This document shows, one piece after another, positions 48,840 through 59,138 of a DNA stretch of 64,000 bases. The position numbers and the translations under genes are program-made. How positions within the stretch are numbered: position 1 is the first letter of the stretch; each line of letters starts with the position of its first letter. Source of the DNA: Candidatus Krumholzibacteriota bacterium (GTDB lineage Bacteria > Krumholzibacteriota > Krumholzibacteriia > JAJRXK01). The notes below the pieces were generated by a model. It was not told the origin of the DNA, searched no databases, and was given only the letters and a program-made list of their open reading frames with translations. The DNA lies in contig CAVSGG010000015.1 in assembly GCA_963727455.1 (NCBI GenBank), positions 1 to 64,000 on the forward strand, given 5' to 3'.

Positions 48840-49577
48840 TCACACTCGCTGAGGAGCCGCAGCGGCTCCCGCGAGCGCGAGCGCCAAAAGTGGGTGATCC
48901 CGGGAGCGCAAGAGCGGGACGCAGGCGCGCAGGGTCGCTCCTGTCGTCACCTGGTCGTCCACCAGAATCAGAGGCACTCCTTCGGGAAGTTCCGCCAGAC
49001 GGCTCACTTGGAAGACTGAGCGCAGCGCGGCCGCGCGATCTTCCTCGAGGGGCAGAGTCGCGAGACTCCTCGTCGCTTTTCTTCTAGTTAGTATCCCCCG
49101 GGCCAGAGGCAAGTTCCCGTTTGCGGAGAGCCGGATCGCCAGAACCTCAGGAAGGCTGTATCCTCGTTGGGCCCGCCGCACTGGATCGTCGGGCAAAGGC
49201 ACGATACGGGCACTCCCGATCCTCGCGAGCACAGGAGCGGCCCATTGCGCGAAGGACTCGCTCAGTGCCTCCATCAGAGGATACTGGCCCCCGTATTTCA
49301 CTGCGTGCAGCAGCCGGAAGAAACGCGCATCGTCTTGGAAGTGCCAGGAGATGGGGCAGCCCTCGGCTCTCGTACCGGGCAAGGGCGGATCACCGCCGCG
49401 ACGGGGCAAACTCTCCATGCAAGAACGGTGCACCAAGCCCAAATTGGGGCCGCCTCCAGGACCCGCACAGTCGGCGGGCGCGGGTGGAAGCCAGCCTTCA
49501 CAGATGGGACATTGCGCGGGCCACACCAAGTCCAACAGGGCCCGCCGCCAACGAAGGTTGCGCGCATACAATTCCAT
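48840..49577 (-). CDS. ComF family phosphoribosyltransferase-like protein
   Basis: LDLVWPAQCPIC, KYGG, RGY and LVDDQVTTGAT. Confidence 0.85.
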   Translation of the reverse strand: MELYARNLRWRRALLDLVWPAQCPICEGWLPPAPADCAGPGGGPNLGLVHRSCMESLPRRGGDPPLPGTRAEGCPISWHFQDDARFFRLLHAVKYGGQYPLMEALSESFAQWAAPVLARIGSARIVPLPDDPVRRAQRGYSLPEVLAIRLSANGNLPLARGILTRRKATRSLATLPLEEDRAAALRSVFQVSRLAELPEGVPLILVDDQVTTGATLRACVPLLRSRDHPLLALALAGAAAAPQRV

Positions 49578-49601
49578 CCAAGGAAATCTCCGCAGGAAAG
49601 C

Positions 49602-50495
49602 TCAGTGGGAGGCTGGAGGAAGCGCGCTCTGCATGAAGGCTTCGGGCTGCGAGTCGGGAAACCACAGACGGAAGGCCCTCTGCGCCTGCGCACGGAGCAT
49701 GCTCCGGCCGTCGGCGACGGGACCCTTCGACTGGTGCGCCCGCAGCAGACGGGAAGGGACGGGCCCGTAGCACAAGTCCATCAGCGCACAACCAGCGGAC
49801 AGAGCTCGTGGGTCGATCGGACTGGGGTCCTCCGGGTGGAGTCCCAGCGGCGTGGCCTGAATGAGAAGGGAGATCGAGCTGAGAGATGCCGTCGCGAGTT
49901 CCTCCACGGATGCCCCGAGAGACTCCGCCCAAGTTGCCCGCGCGAGGGAACGTGCGAGAACCCGTACCCGCGCCGCTTTGAGTTCCTGCAGGGCAACCAC
50001 GGCGGCCCGGGCCGCGCCACCAGCTCCGACGATCGCGCACTCCCGCAGCCAGTCCCGCCCCGGGAAATGCTGCGCCAGGGCGTCTTGCAGCCCGCCTACA
50101 TCGGTATTGTGCGCCTCCCATCCCTCAGCGAGAGGTACGAGGGTGTTGGCAGCGCCAACACGAGCGGCCATGGCGGAATGCCGCAGACTCATCCTCAGCG
50201 CGAGCTGCTTGTGAGGAAGCGTCACGTTCAATCCCGCGACCCTTGCTACTTCGGCCGCGCGCAAGCAACTCGCGAACTCCGCCGACGATACGCGCACACA
50301 GCGATAGTTCCCCGCGATCTTCGCGCCCTTGAGGGCGGCCTGGTGAAGCACGGGGCTGAGGCTGTGCGCGATCGGCTCTCCGAGCAACGCCAGCAGAGGC
50401 CAGCTTCGTTCTCTCCCGTCCGGACCCTTGAGAACCCCGTTCCCGAAGTTCAGAGGCTCAGGCCCCGCGCTGCGATCCTCTGAGGCAGCGTCCAA
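49602..50495 (-). CDS. aroE: Shikimate dehydrogenase
   Basis: HSLSP, NVTLPHK, GAANT, NTD, GAGGAA and ATPLG. Confidence 0.92.
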   Translation of the reverse strand: MDAASEDRSAGPEPLNFGNGVLKGPDGRERSWPLLALLGEPIAHSLSPVLHQAALKGAKIAGNYRCVRVSSAEFASCLRAAEVARVAGLNVTLPHKQLALRMSLRHSAMAARVGAANTLVPLAEGWEAHNTDVGGLQDALAQHFPGRDWLRECAIVGAGGAARAAVVALQELKAARVRVLARSLARATWAESLGASVEELATASLSSISLLIQATPLGLHPEDPSPIDPRALSAGCALMDLCYGPVPSRLLRAHQSKGPVADGRSMLRAQAQRAFRLWFPDSQPEAFMQSALPPASH

Positions 50496-50496
50496 C

Positions 50497-51768
50497 TCAG
50501 ACCTCCGACCAGCGAGCCGAAACGCTGAGCAAGAGACCCATCATTAGGCAGGAAGCCAGCATGGAAGATCCCCCGTAGGTGATGAAGGGAAGCGGCAGAC
50601 CTGTGACCGGCAACAGACCCAGGGTAATGGAGATGTTCACGAAGGACTGGAAGAAGAAATAGCTGCCCACGCCGACCGCAAGCAAGCTCGCGAAGGGCCG
50701 CTTCGCCTTGACCGCGATCCGCATCGCGCGAATGAAGATGATCAGGAACAGGCCGATGACCAGCAGCGCTCCCACGAGTCCAAGTTCTTCTCCCAGTACG
50801 CTAAAGATGAAATCGGTGTGGCGCTCCGGCAAAAAGGCCAGACCCTTTTGCGTTCCGTGAAGGTAACCTTTCCCCAAGATACCGCCGGATCCGATCGCCA
50901 CCTTACTCTGGTAGACCTGATAGCCGACCCCGAGATGGTCCGTTTCTCCCGGCCTGAAGAAGGTGAGTATTCGCTGTTGCTGGTAGCTCTGCAACTTGTC
51001 CCAGATGAGGGGAATTCCCAGACCCGTCGTTAGATTCGCCACCACCAAGAGGACGCTGTGCAACATGTAGAGGCGCGAGTAAAAGAGCGCGAAGAGCAGT
51101 ACGACCACGTAGATGGCCCACGGCCAGTCCGTGTGGAGCACCTGCTGCCCGTAGAACATGGCGAGCCCGCTCAAGAGCGGGGAGAACAGCGCGAGTAGAA
51201 AGGACGCGCGTACTCCCGACCAGAACATCATGGGAACGCCGAGAATGAGAAATACGAGCGCGGTTCCCAGGTCGGGTTCCTTGAGCACGAGCAGGAAGGG
51301 GGGCAGCGAGAGCAAGAAAACGCCCACCACCGTGAAGAAGGGGCCCTTTCCTTCCCGCACCGCGAGAAAACGCGCCAGGGTAAAGAGGAATGCCACCTTC
51401 GCCAACTCCGAGGGCTGCAGGGAAAACGGCCCCAAGCTCAACCAACGATGCGTCCCGGCTCGCTCGGGGCTGACGAAGAAGACCGCCAGCAGCGCGAGGA
51501 TGGATGCGCCGTAGAACACGAAAGCGAAGGTTTCGAAGAAGCGAAGCGGTACCAACAGACAGAGCAGGGCCGCGGCAACTCCCAGCACTAGCCATATCAT
51601 TTGATTGTAGACGATCGTGACGCCGATCAGTCGGTGTACCCCTTCAGAGCCTCCCGGCAGCGGCTGGGTGCAGGAATAGACAGTAGCCAGGCCGATCAAC
51701 ATCAGCGCGAACCACGCACTGAGGGCGGCGGTATCCATGCGCGGGACGAGTTGGAATCCCCGTCTCAT
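50497..51768 (-). CDS. rodA: Rod shape-determining protein RodA
   Basis: SEDS motifs QPSELAK, PDLGT, LPERHTDFIF and YGGSS; follows mrdA. Confidence 0.95.
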   Translation of the reverse strand: MRRGFQLVPRMDTAALSAWFALMLIGLATVYSCTQPLPGGSEGVHRLIGVTIVYNQMIWLVLGVAAALLCLLVPLRFFETFAFVFYGASILALLAVFFVSPERAGTHRWLSLGPFSLQPSELAKVAFLFTLARFLAVREGKGPFFTVVGVFLLSLPPFLLVLKEPDLGTALVFLILGVPMMFWSGVRASFLLALFSPLLSGLAMFYGQQVLHTDWPWAIYVVVLLFALFYSRLYMLHSVLLVVANLTTGLGIPLIWDKLQSYQQQRILTFFRPGETDHLGVGYQVYQSKVAIGSGGILGKGYLHGTQKGLAFLPERHTDFIFSVLGEELGLVGALLVIGLFLIIFIRAMRIAVKAKRPFASLLAVGVGSYFFFQSFVNISITLGLLPVTGLPLPFITYGGSSMLASCLMMGLLLSVSARWSEV

Positions 51769-53567
51769 GGTTGGACCTTCTCCGTGGGATCGGACGGCGT
51801 CTCTTGATCCTGCCAGTTGAAGTAGGTATCGAGAAGCTCGCCCACGATCGGAGCCGCCACCGAGCCTCCATGGCCGGCATTCTCGATAATGACCGCGACC
51901 GCAATCTCGGGGTCCTCTGCCGGCGCGTAGGCGATGAACCAGGCGTGATCTTCTCCGGAGGCATTCTCGGCCGTACCAGTCTTTCCCGCCACGTCAACCC
52001 CCTTGATGCGGGCCAAGCCGCCCGTTCCCTCCTCGGTGGCAACCACGTCGACCAGGGCACTCTGCAGGAAATGCCGGGTCTTGTCCGAGCAGATCTTCTC
52101 GTTCTCTCTTCGGACCAGTCTCTTGTCGATGACGCCATACGCGTTCTCGCGGGCCAAGATCAAGTGGGGACGGTACAGATAGCCGTCACCACCGATGGCT
52201 GCGTAGGTGCGCGCCATCTGTAGAGGCGTGACGAGCAACTCTCCCTGTCCGATACCGTTGTTCAGGAGCACCGCCCGCGTCCAGTGATGGGCCCCGAATC
52301 GCTTGTCATAGTACTTCTTGTCGGGTACGAGTCCCGCCGCCTCGCCTTTCAATTCGATCCCGGTTGGCCGACCCAATCCGAAGCGGCGCGCCGTCTCGTC
52401 CAGCTCCTCCAGAGTCAGCTTCTCCGCCAATTGATAGAAATACACGTCGCAGCTCTGCGCGATCGCCTCTTTCAGGTTCAGGCTGCCGTGCCCTCCGGGC
52501 TTCCAGCAGCGAAACACGCGGTTCCCCAGTCGGTATCCTCCCGTGCAGGGTTCGAAGCGAGTGGTTGGGGTGACCTTCCCGTACTTGAGCCCCGCGGCCG
52601 CGGTAATCAGCTTGTAGGGACTGCCCGGCGGATAGGTCCCCTGTAGAGCGCGATTGAACAGCGGCTTGCCCGGGTCGTCGCGCAGCTCGCCGTAGCGTTC
52701 CTTGCTGATCCCTCCGGTGAACTCGTTGGGATCGAAGCTGGGTGACGACGCCATCGCCAGGATGTCGCCGGTGGCCACCTCGATCACCACCCCGGCTCCT
52801 CGTTTTCCTTCGAGCAGCTCCTCGAGCCTCGCCTGGAGAGGCTGGCTCAGGGTGAGGTAGAGCTTCACTCCCGGTATGGCCTGTGAGAAACCTTCTGGCA
52901 CCTCACCCACCAAATGACCGGCGACATTCACTTCGACGACCCGACGCCCATGGACTCCGCGCAACTGCTCCTCCGCCAAGCTCTCCACTCCACTACGCCC
53001 GATGATGTCCCCTGGCTCATAGAATCCTCGGTGGTCGCGTTTCATGTCGGCACCGTTCACTTCGCCGACGTAACCCAAAAGATGGGCGGCTAGCGAACCA
53101 AAATGGTAGCGGCGGCGGGGCTCCACCTTGAGTTGAACATCGGGGAGAATCGCGCGATGCTCCTCCACCACTGCGATCTGTTTGGGATCGGCGTGACGCA
53201 GAATGGTAACCCGGCTGGACTCGCCGGAGTCTTCCACCCGAGACAGAATGAAGTCGCGGTCCAGGCCAAGGAGGCGGATCAAGGCCTCGAGGGACTTGTC
53301 TCCCTCGTGCGCGCGGCCTCGCGAGATGGTCAACCGTGCCTGGTGGACGTTGTCCGCCAGCGCGATTCCGTTGCGGTCCGCGATGATTCCGCGAGGGGCA
53401 TCGATCCGCATCGTAGTCTGGCGATTCTCGCGGGCCAATCCCACGTAGTATTCGTTGCGAACGACTTGAGTGGCGATCAGAGACAGAACGACGATTCCGT
53501 AGGCCAAAAGGACCCCGCGAACGAGAGCATGGGCTCGCGATTCACGCGCACTGAGTTCAATGGCCAC
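51765..53567 (-). CDS. mrdA: Penicillin-binding protein 2
   Basis: YPPGSPYK, SCD and KTGTA; lies in the mre operon. Confidence 0.95.
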   Translation of the reverse strand: MAIELSARESRAHALVRGVLLAYGIVVLSLIATQVVRNEYYVGLARENRQTTMRIDAPRGIIADRNGIALADNVHQARLTISRGRAHEGDKSLEALIRLLGLDRDFILSRVEDSGESSRVTILRHADPKQIAVVEEHRAILPDVQLKVEPRRRYHFGSLAAHLLGYVGEVNGADMKRDHRGFYEPGDIIGRSGVESLAEEQLRGVHGRRVVEVNVAGHLVGEVPEGFSQAIPGVKLYLTLSQPLQARLEELLEGKRGAGVVIEVATGDILAMASSPSFDPNEFTGGISKERYGELRDDPGKPLFNRALQGTYPPGSPYKLITAAAGLKYGKVTPTTRFEPCTGGYRLGNRVFRCWKPGGHGSLNLKEAIAQSCDVYFYQLAEKLTLEELDETARRFGLGRPTGIELKGEAAGLVPDKKYYDKRFGAHHWTRAVLLNNGIGQGELLVTPLQMARTYAAIGGDGYLYRPHLILARENAYGVIDKRLVRRENEKICSDKTRHFLQSALVDVVATEEGTGGLARIKGVDVAGKTGTAENASGEDHAWFIAYAPAEDPEIAVAVIIENAGHGGSVAAPIVGELLDTYFNWQDQETPSDPTEKVQP

Positions 53568-54066
53568 CTCCCGCCTCCCTTCTTTGGCCGAATGCGCTGC
53601 CCCCCAACAGCGTGCTCAGAAAGAGAAGGAGGACGCCCACGACCGCGGTGTAAAGGGCGGTGGGCAGGGACTGTGTGAGGAAGATCCGCAAGAAGCGGCC
53701 CGGCTCGAGCCGAGTGTAGGCCAAGAGATAGATGAAGTCGTGAGTGAGCACCGCAACGGCGAAGAGCGGGGCGTAGAGGGGCAGGGCGGGCAACACCAGG
53801 CTAGAACTCAGTCGACCGGAGATGTGCCCGACGATGGTCTTCGCCAACATGCTCATGCCCAGGGTAGCGGGGGTCAGAAGATCCTGGACCAGTCCCAGGA
53901 AGAAACCCACCAGGGTGCCGGTCAAGGGTCCCCCGCGCAATCCCAGCATCACGACGATGAGCACGGTGAGATCCGGTCGTACTCCAAAGAGCGCCATCCG
54001 GTCGATGACGGTGAGCTGGAGAACCAGCGCGAGCATTGCGGTGAGTGTGAGTCGCAGAGAACTCAA
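53557..54066 (-). CDS. mreD: Rod shape-determining protein MreD
   Basis: Hydrophobic protein with PDL and GLVQDL; synteny. Confidence 0.9.
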   Translation of the reverse strand: MSSLRLTLTAMLALVLQLTVIDRMALFGVRPDLTVLIVVMLGLRGGPLTGTLVGFFLGLVQDLLTPATLGMSMLAKTIVGHISGRLSSSLVLPALPLYAPLFAVAVLTHDFIYLLAYTRLEPGRFLRIFLTQSLPTALYTAVVGVLLLFLSTLLGGSAFGQRREAGGGH

Positions 54067-54920
54067 TGCCTCGCTCCCCGGCTCGCGTCGATCTCTGGTG
54101 GCAGCACACTATCGTCGTGCCGCGAGTACCAGGGACCGGGTCGAGTGATCACATAGACTTGAGAGAGGGCACTGAAGTGGACCGCCGCCTCGATCTCCAC
54201 GTGCTGGAAGAGTTCGACTTTGGAAAGCTCCACCTGCGAGACGCGCCCCACCGGAATTCCGCGCGGCACCGTCCCCCCCAAACCGCTCGTGACGATCTCA
54301 TCGCCCACCGCTATGGGATCCCCCTGAGGTACGTGATCCATGAGGAAGATGCGACCGTTGTAACGCAAAAGGCCGGTCACTCCACTGGATACCGACTCGA
54401 CGCTGATTCTGGCGTCGGCTTCGGTCAATAGCTCCACCAGGGCGGTCTTCGCGTCGAGGAGTTCCCGAACTCTTCCCACGAGTCCGCTCTCGGTGACGAC
54501 CGGCTGCCAGATGCGCAGACTGTCCTCGTTCTGAATCCGAATTTTGGCCTGGACCGGAATGCGGTTCACCGTCAGTTCCAGCACGAGAGCGGGGGCCAAC
54601 TTGCCGCGGTTATGTTCGAAGAATCCGGCTCTACGTTCGAGTTCCTCGAAGCGGCGCCGCTGCAGCCCAATCTGTACCGCATCCAACTCCATCGCCGCAA
54701 TCTTCCCGCGCAGCTCCTCGTTTTCCTTGCGTAAGGTGCCGAGGTCGTCGACGACGCGAGCAATCCACTCCACTGGCGTAAACACGCGGTGAGCTAAGCG
54801 GGTGCCCACGTCCAGACGGGTGGGGTTGTCCAGGGAAATTGCCCATAGCGAAAGCGCCACGCAGATGACCAGCACGATCTGATCGCGAAAGCGCGAGAGG
54901 CCCTCGGGGAGTCTGGCCAT
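54063..54920 (-). CDS. mreC: Rod shape-determining protein MreC
   Basis: TM helix, coiled coil LRKENEELR, GLVGRV and TSGLGG..P.GIPVG. Confidence 0.93.
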   Translation of the reverse strand: MARLPEGLSRFRDQIVLVICVALSLWAISLDNPTRLDVGTRLAHRVFTPVEWIARVVDDLGTLRKENEELRGKIAAMELDAVQIGLQRRRFEELERRAGFFEHNRGKLAPALVLELTVNRIPVQAKIRIQNEDSLRIWQPVVTESGLVGRVRELLDAKTALVELLTEADARISVESVSSGVTGLLRYNGRIFLMDHVPQGDPIAVGDEIVTSGLGGTVPRGIPVGRVSQVELSKVELFQHVEIEAAVHFSALSQVYVITRPGPWYSRHDDSVLPPEIDASRGARH

Positions 54921-54921
54921 C

Positions 54922-55992
54922 TCAATCCTTGGCGGAGTGAATGATCACGTCCTCATAAGAACTCACGTTGTCGAGGATCTTTCCCGTACCCAGGACGACA
55001 CAATAGAGAGGATCATCCACCATGTTGAGAGGAAGGTTCGTGGCTTCCTTGAGAAGCATATCGAGACCTTTGAGTAGACTTCCTCCGCCAGTCATAACGA
55101 TACCGCGGTCCACGATATCCGCCGCCAGTTCGGGGGGAGTGTGTTCGAGCGCCTCCTTCACCGCTTCCACGATTTGGTCGATCGGTTCCTGCAGCGCCTG
55201 TCGGATCTCGTCGCTCGAAATCCTCAGAGTCTTGGGGATGCCCGCCACCAGATCGCGCCCTTTCACTTCCCACTCGATCTCCTCGTCGAATTTATACGCG
55301 CTGCCAATCTCCTTCTTGATGGCCTCCGCAGTGGGAAGTCCGATGAGGAGATTGTAGTTCTTCTTCACGTAGCCCACGATCGCCTCGTCCAGTTCGTCTC
55401 CACCGACGCGAATGGACTTATCGCACACGATACCGTTGAGGGCGATCACCGCGATTTCCGTAGTACCCCCTCCGATGTCGATGATCATGTTGCCGCTGGG
55501 CTGATCGACCGGCAGACCCACTCCAATCGCGGCAGCGATGGGTTCGGCCACCAAGAAGACTTCCCGCGCACCGGCGTGTTTGGCCGAGTCCCGTACCGCG
55601 CGCTTCTCGACCTCGGTGATGCCGCTGGGAACGCAGATGATGATTCGGGGCGCAATGAAGTGGCGCTTGTTCTGCGCCATGTTGATGAACTCGCGCAGCA
55701 TGTATTCCGTGACTTCGAAGTCGGCGATCACGCCATCCTTGAGGGGGCGAATGGCCTCGATCTTGTCAGGGGTCTTTCCCAACATGGCCTTGGCCTGCGA
55801 ACCGACGGCCAGAACTTTGCGGCTCGACTTGTCCACGGTGACCACGCTGGGTTCGTTGAGCACGATACCCTTACCCTTGATGTAGACCAGGGTATTTGCC
55901 GTTCCGAGATCGATCGCGATATCGTTAGTGAAGAGATTGTTGAAGCGATTCCAGAGACTCAATTTACGCATACCCGTGCTCGTGCTCGTCAT
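54922..55992 (-). CDS. mreB: Rod shape-determining protein MreB (start may be 55971)
   Basis: [26 protein letters not shown] and TGGG. Confidence 0.97.
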   Translation of the reverse strand: MTSTSTGMRKLSLWNRFNNLFTNDIAIDLGTANTLVYIKGKGIVLNEPSVVTVDKSSRKVLAVGSQAKAMLGKTPDKIEAIRPLKDGVIADFEVTEYMLREFINMAQNKRHFIAPRIIICVPSGITEVEKRAVRDSAKHAGAREVFLVAEPIAAAIGVGLPVDQPSGNMIIDIGGGTTEIAVIALNGIVCDKSIRVGGDELDEAIVGYVKKNYNLLIGLPTAEAIKKEIGSAYKFDEEIEWEVKGRDLVAGIPKTLRISSDEIRQALQEPIDQIVEAVKEALEHTPPELAADIVDRGIVMTGGGSLLKGLDMLLKEATNLPLNMVDDPLYCVVLGTGKILDNVSSYEDVIIHSAKD

Positions 55993-56011
55993 CGTTCCTC
56001 CGGCGCCCGCG

Positions 56012-56686
56012 TCAGAGCGCTCCTCGCTCTCGCAGGCTAACGTAGCTTCCCTCGCCCAGGACCAGGTGGTCCAAGAGAGTCACCCCCAGAGTCTCGCCGC
56101 AGCCGGCGATGCGGCGCGTGAGACGCAAATCGTCTTGGCTCGGCTCGGGCGAACCCGAGGGATGATTGTGCCCGAGCACGATCGCCGCCGAGGCCACCGC
56201 GATGGCTCCTCGGAATATTTCCCGCGCTTCTACGTTCGCGGAGTTCAGAGTACCCAGAGCAACCAACTGCACGCGCAGGACTTGATGCCGGGCTCCCAAA
56301 TGAAGTACCGCGACTCCCTCCTGCTCGAGTCCTCCCAGAACCGTGCGTAGAAGCCGCGCCGCGCTCTCGGGTCCCTCGATCAGCTCCAGAGATTCCGCCT
56401 CTCCCTGCTCCGCGCGACGTCCCAGTTCGAACGCTGCGCTCAGAGTCGTGCTACGAGCGAGTCCGACCCCCTCCAGCCGGCTGAGCTCAGAGGCCTCGGC
56501 ACGGGAAAGATGCCGCAGGTCGCCGAATCGAGCCAGCACTGATCGCGCCAGCTCGAGAGCCTGGCACGAAGAGCCTCCTCTGGCCAGGACGAGGGCCAGA
56601 AGTTCCACAGCTGAGAGAGCGGAGGGGCCCCATCGCCGACAGCGCTCTCTCGCATCTACCACCTCATCGATGGAACTCGATCTCAC
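56012..56686 (-). CDS. radC: RadC (JAB/MPN domain) protein
   Basis: HhH region and [14 protein letters not shown]...LLDH; lies upstream of mreB. Confidence 0.93.
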   Translation of the reverse strand: MRSSSIDEVVDARERCRRWGPSALSAVELLALVLARGGSSCQALELARSVLARFGDLRHLSRAEASELSRLEGVGLARSTTLSAAFELGRRAEQGEAESLELIEGPESAARLLRTVLGGLEQEGVAVLHLGARHQVLRVQLVALGTLNSANVEAREIFRGAIAVASAAIVLGHNHPSGSPEPSQDDLRLTRRIAGCGETLGVTLLDHLVLGEGSYVSLRERGAL

Positions 56687-56940
56687 TGCAAAATGGGGGG
56701 GCGTCCACCAGTGGGGGCTTCGCGACGGCGCTCAGGCTCGTAAGTCGTTGCATGAAAACACTCTAACCGCCAACTGCGAATGCAAGATAGCAGAGCTTCG
56801 CCGGCGGGGGCAACACTTATTTGGACAAGAGCGGTAGCTGGGGTAAGTTCTCCGCAGCCGAGGATGAAGCCTCCCCAAAGACGGCGTGATCCTTGCGATT
56901 CCCTGCCGAGGCGCAATCGAAATCTTTCCTGAAGGTGCAC

Positions 56941-58140
56941 GTGATCACTCGAATTTTGAAATTTGGTGGCTCATCTCTTGCCGGTGTTGAACTCATTGCT
57001 GCCGCCGCCGAGCGCGTCCACCGCCTACTGGAGGGAGGGCTGCGGCCGGTCGTGGTGGTCTCCGCCGTGTCCGACACCACCAATCGTCTCCTCTCCACCG
57101 CGCGCAGTATTCACCCTGAGGCACCCGGGAGCGAACTGGATCGCCTTTTGGCCACCGGTGAGATGCAGTCCGCTGCCTTCCTCGCCATCGCCTTGGCCAA
57201 GCGGGGACTCCCCTCGCGCTCCTTCACCGGGCCGGAGGCGGGTGTCATCACCGACGACGATTTTGGTCGCGCGCGCGTTCTGCGCGTGGACGCGGCGGCG
57301 GTCACTGCATCGCTCGAAGCCGGCGAGATTCCAGTAGTCGCCGGCTTCCAGGGAAAGACCGAGGACGGACGCATTACCACCTTGGGGCGCGGCGGCACTG
57401 ACATCACGGCCGCGGTCCTCGGAGTACATTTCAAGGCCGATCGGATCGTCTACTATCGAGACGCGGACGGAATCTACGGCGTCGATCCCAAGATGCTGCC
57501 GGTGCGCGGCCGCAGAATCGACCGCTTGGACTACGAGCACATGATCGACCTGGCCGAGGCAGGTGTTCCGATACTCCATCCCCAGGCCCTGGAGATCGCT
57601 AAGGCACACGGGCTCGAACTCGAACTCCGCAGCTTCCGGGAAGGTGGCGGATGCACTCTGGTCACCGAGGGGCCCATTCCCTCGCCGCATCCGGTGTGGA
57701 GCCTCTGCCTCTCCCCTCCCATTTGTCTGCTCACCCTGGAAGGACTCCCCCAAGATACCGGGACACTTTCGCGACTCACCGCGCTCTTGGACCGTACTGA
57801 TCTGCCTCTGGATGCGGCGCTCTACCGGGGGCCCGATGAGTTGTGCATGAGCATTCAGGTTCCCGAGATGGACGGTGAGACCTTGTCGGCCCAGTTAGGC
57901 GACTTCTTACGCGAGGAGAGTTCGGTCACCATCGGTCTCGAGCGCGACCGACGTCGCGTGACGATGGTGGGACAGGGAGTCTCGTCGAGAAAGGCCACGA
58001 CTGCGGTCGAACAGACCGGGGCACAGTTGGGGCCGCCTCTCTTTACCTTCCACGGGCCGCACCATCGAGCTTTCGTGGTGCCCGAGGCGGAAGGTTCGGC
58101 CTGGCTCGCGAGTCTTCACCAACTGCTCTTGAAGCACTGA
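56941..58140 (+). CDS. lysC: Aspartate kinase (divergent)
   Basis: KFGGSS, VVSA, GE, AGFQG and TLGRGGTD; degenerate C-terminal ACT-like region. Confidence 0.8.
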   Translation: MITRILKFGGSSLAGVELIAAAAERVHRLLEGGLRPVVVVSAVSDTTNRLLSTARSIHPEAPGSELDRLLATGEMQSAAFLAIALAKRGLPSRSFTGPEAGVITDDDFGRARVLRVDAAAVTASLEAGEIPVVAGFQGKTEDGRITTLGRGGTDITAAVLGVHFKADRIVYYRDADGIYGVDPKMLPVRGRRIDRLDYEHMIDLAEAGVPILHPQALEIAKAHGLELELRSFREGGGCTLVTEGPIPSPHPVWSLCLSPPICLLTLEGLPQDTGTLSRLTALLDRTDLPLDAALYRGPDELCMSIQVPEMDGETLSAQLGDFLREESSVTIGLERDRRRVTMVGQGVSSRKATTAVEQTGAQLGPPLFTFHGPHHRAFVVPEAEGSAWLASLHQLLLKH

Positions 58141-58150
58141 GGAACCGCCC

Positions 58151-59125
58151 TCAGGCGATCCATGACCACAAGCTCTCGCGGGAGAGGCGGTCCGCGACAT
58201 CCACGCGTCGCACCGCCACGATGGATTGCATGAGCTCCTCAACCAGCCCGAACTCTTGCTCCTGGACTCTACCCCGCGCGTGCAGGATGGCGCCCTCGCC
58301 GGCATAGAACGCGACATGGTCTACCGGCTCGTGAAAGAAAATGAGATCTCCCGGCTCCCACGAATCCTGTCGCACCGAGACGGGCTTGCCACAGCGCGAC
58401 TGCTGCACCGCATCACGAGGCAGGTAGTATCCGCAGGAGTGCGCGACGAGCTGGAGATAACCACTGCAGTCCACGCCCAGTGCGCTTCGTCCCCCCCAGC
58501 GATAGGGCGCTCCTAAGTACCGGCGCGCCTCGGGCACCAGGCGCGATCTCTCGGGGCTAAGCGGTACTCTGCGAACCAGCTCGCGCGCGAGTGTCCCGCG
58601 GGTGCCGTCGGGCAGTTCCGCGGAGAACTCGGAGGAATCGGAGACGTGCTCCTCCACACGAAGCAGCGGGGTACCGCCGATGAGGGCGAGAGGATGTCCC
58701 TGCTCCGTTTTGAGCGTCGCGAATGGAGTTTCGATCAGTCCCGTTCGTTGCGACAGCAGTTCGTCCTTCTCTCCGGGAGCCAGGGTGCGGCAGGACCAGG
58801 ATCGAAGCCAGCTGACGTAGCCGTCCTCCGAAGCCACCAGGAGCCAGTCGCCGTGCGTCAGGATGTGTTGGAGAATTTCTCCCATCCGCACTTCGCTCAA
58901 GAGCTGTGCGTGGTGCGAAGGGGCCTCCCGCAGGGCTTCGAGCGGCGTTTGTACGAGGAATTCGTCCCCAGCAACGATGGCTGAGACCCCGGCCAACTCG
59001 GCTGCGGATTCGGGCCAAGCGCAGGGCTTGCCCCGCGCGTCGAATCCGAGGTAGGCATTGCGCCAATCGACTGCGAGGGCGGCCATTTTTTCGCGGAGCG
59101 AGTGAGCAAGTCTGGGATCGATCAC
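58151..59125 (-). CDS. NlpC/P60 (C40) peptidase with SH3-like domains (YkfC-like)
   Basis: YLGAPYRWGG..GVDCSG, PRDA, PGDLIFF, HV and LHA; no signal peptide. Confidence 0.88.
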   Translation of the reverse strand: MIDPRLAHSLREKMAALAVDWRNAYLGFDARGKPCAWPESAAELAGVSAIVAGDEFLVQTPLEALREAPSHHAQLLSEVRMGEILQHILTHGDWLLVASEDGYVSWLRSWSCRTLAPGEKDELLSQRTGLIETPFATLKTEQGHPLALIGGTPLLRVEEHVSDSSEFSAELPDGTRGTLARELVRRVPLSPERSRLVPEARRYLGAPYRWGGRSALGVDCSGYLQLVAHSCGYYLPRDAVQQSRCGKPVSVRQDSWEPGDLIFFHEPVDHVAFYAGEGAILHARGRVQEQEFGLVEELMQSIVAVRRVDVADRLSRESLWSWIA

Positions 59126-59138
59126 CGCTTTTGCCCCT

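Noticed and set aside
56012-56686. radC as a mobile-element or anti-defence marker
   Set aside because: Full-length HhH+JAB form in the usual chromosomal position upstream of mreBCD
56690-56940. Lysine riboswitch upstream of aspartate kinase
   Set aside because: No recognisable L-box core motifs or terminator by eye
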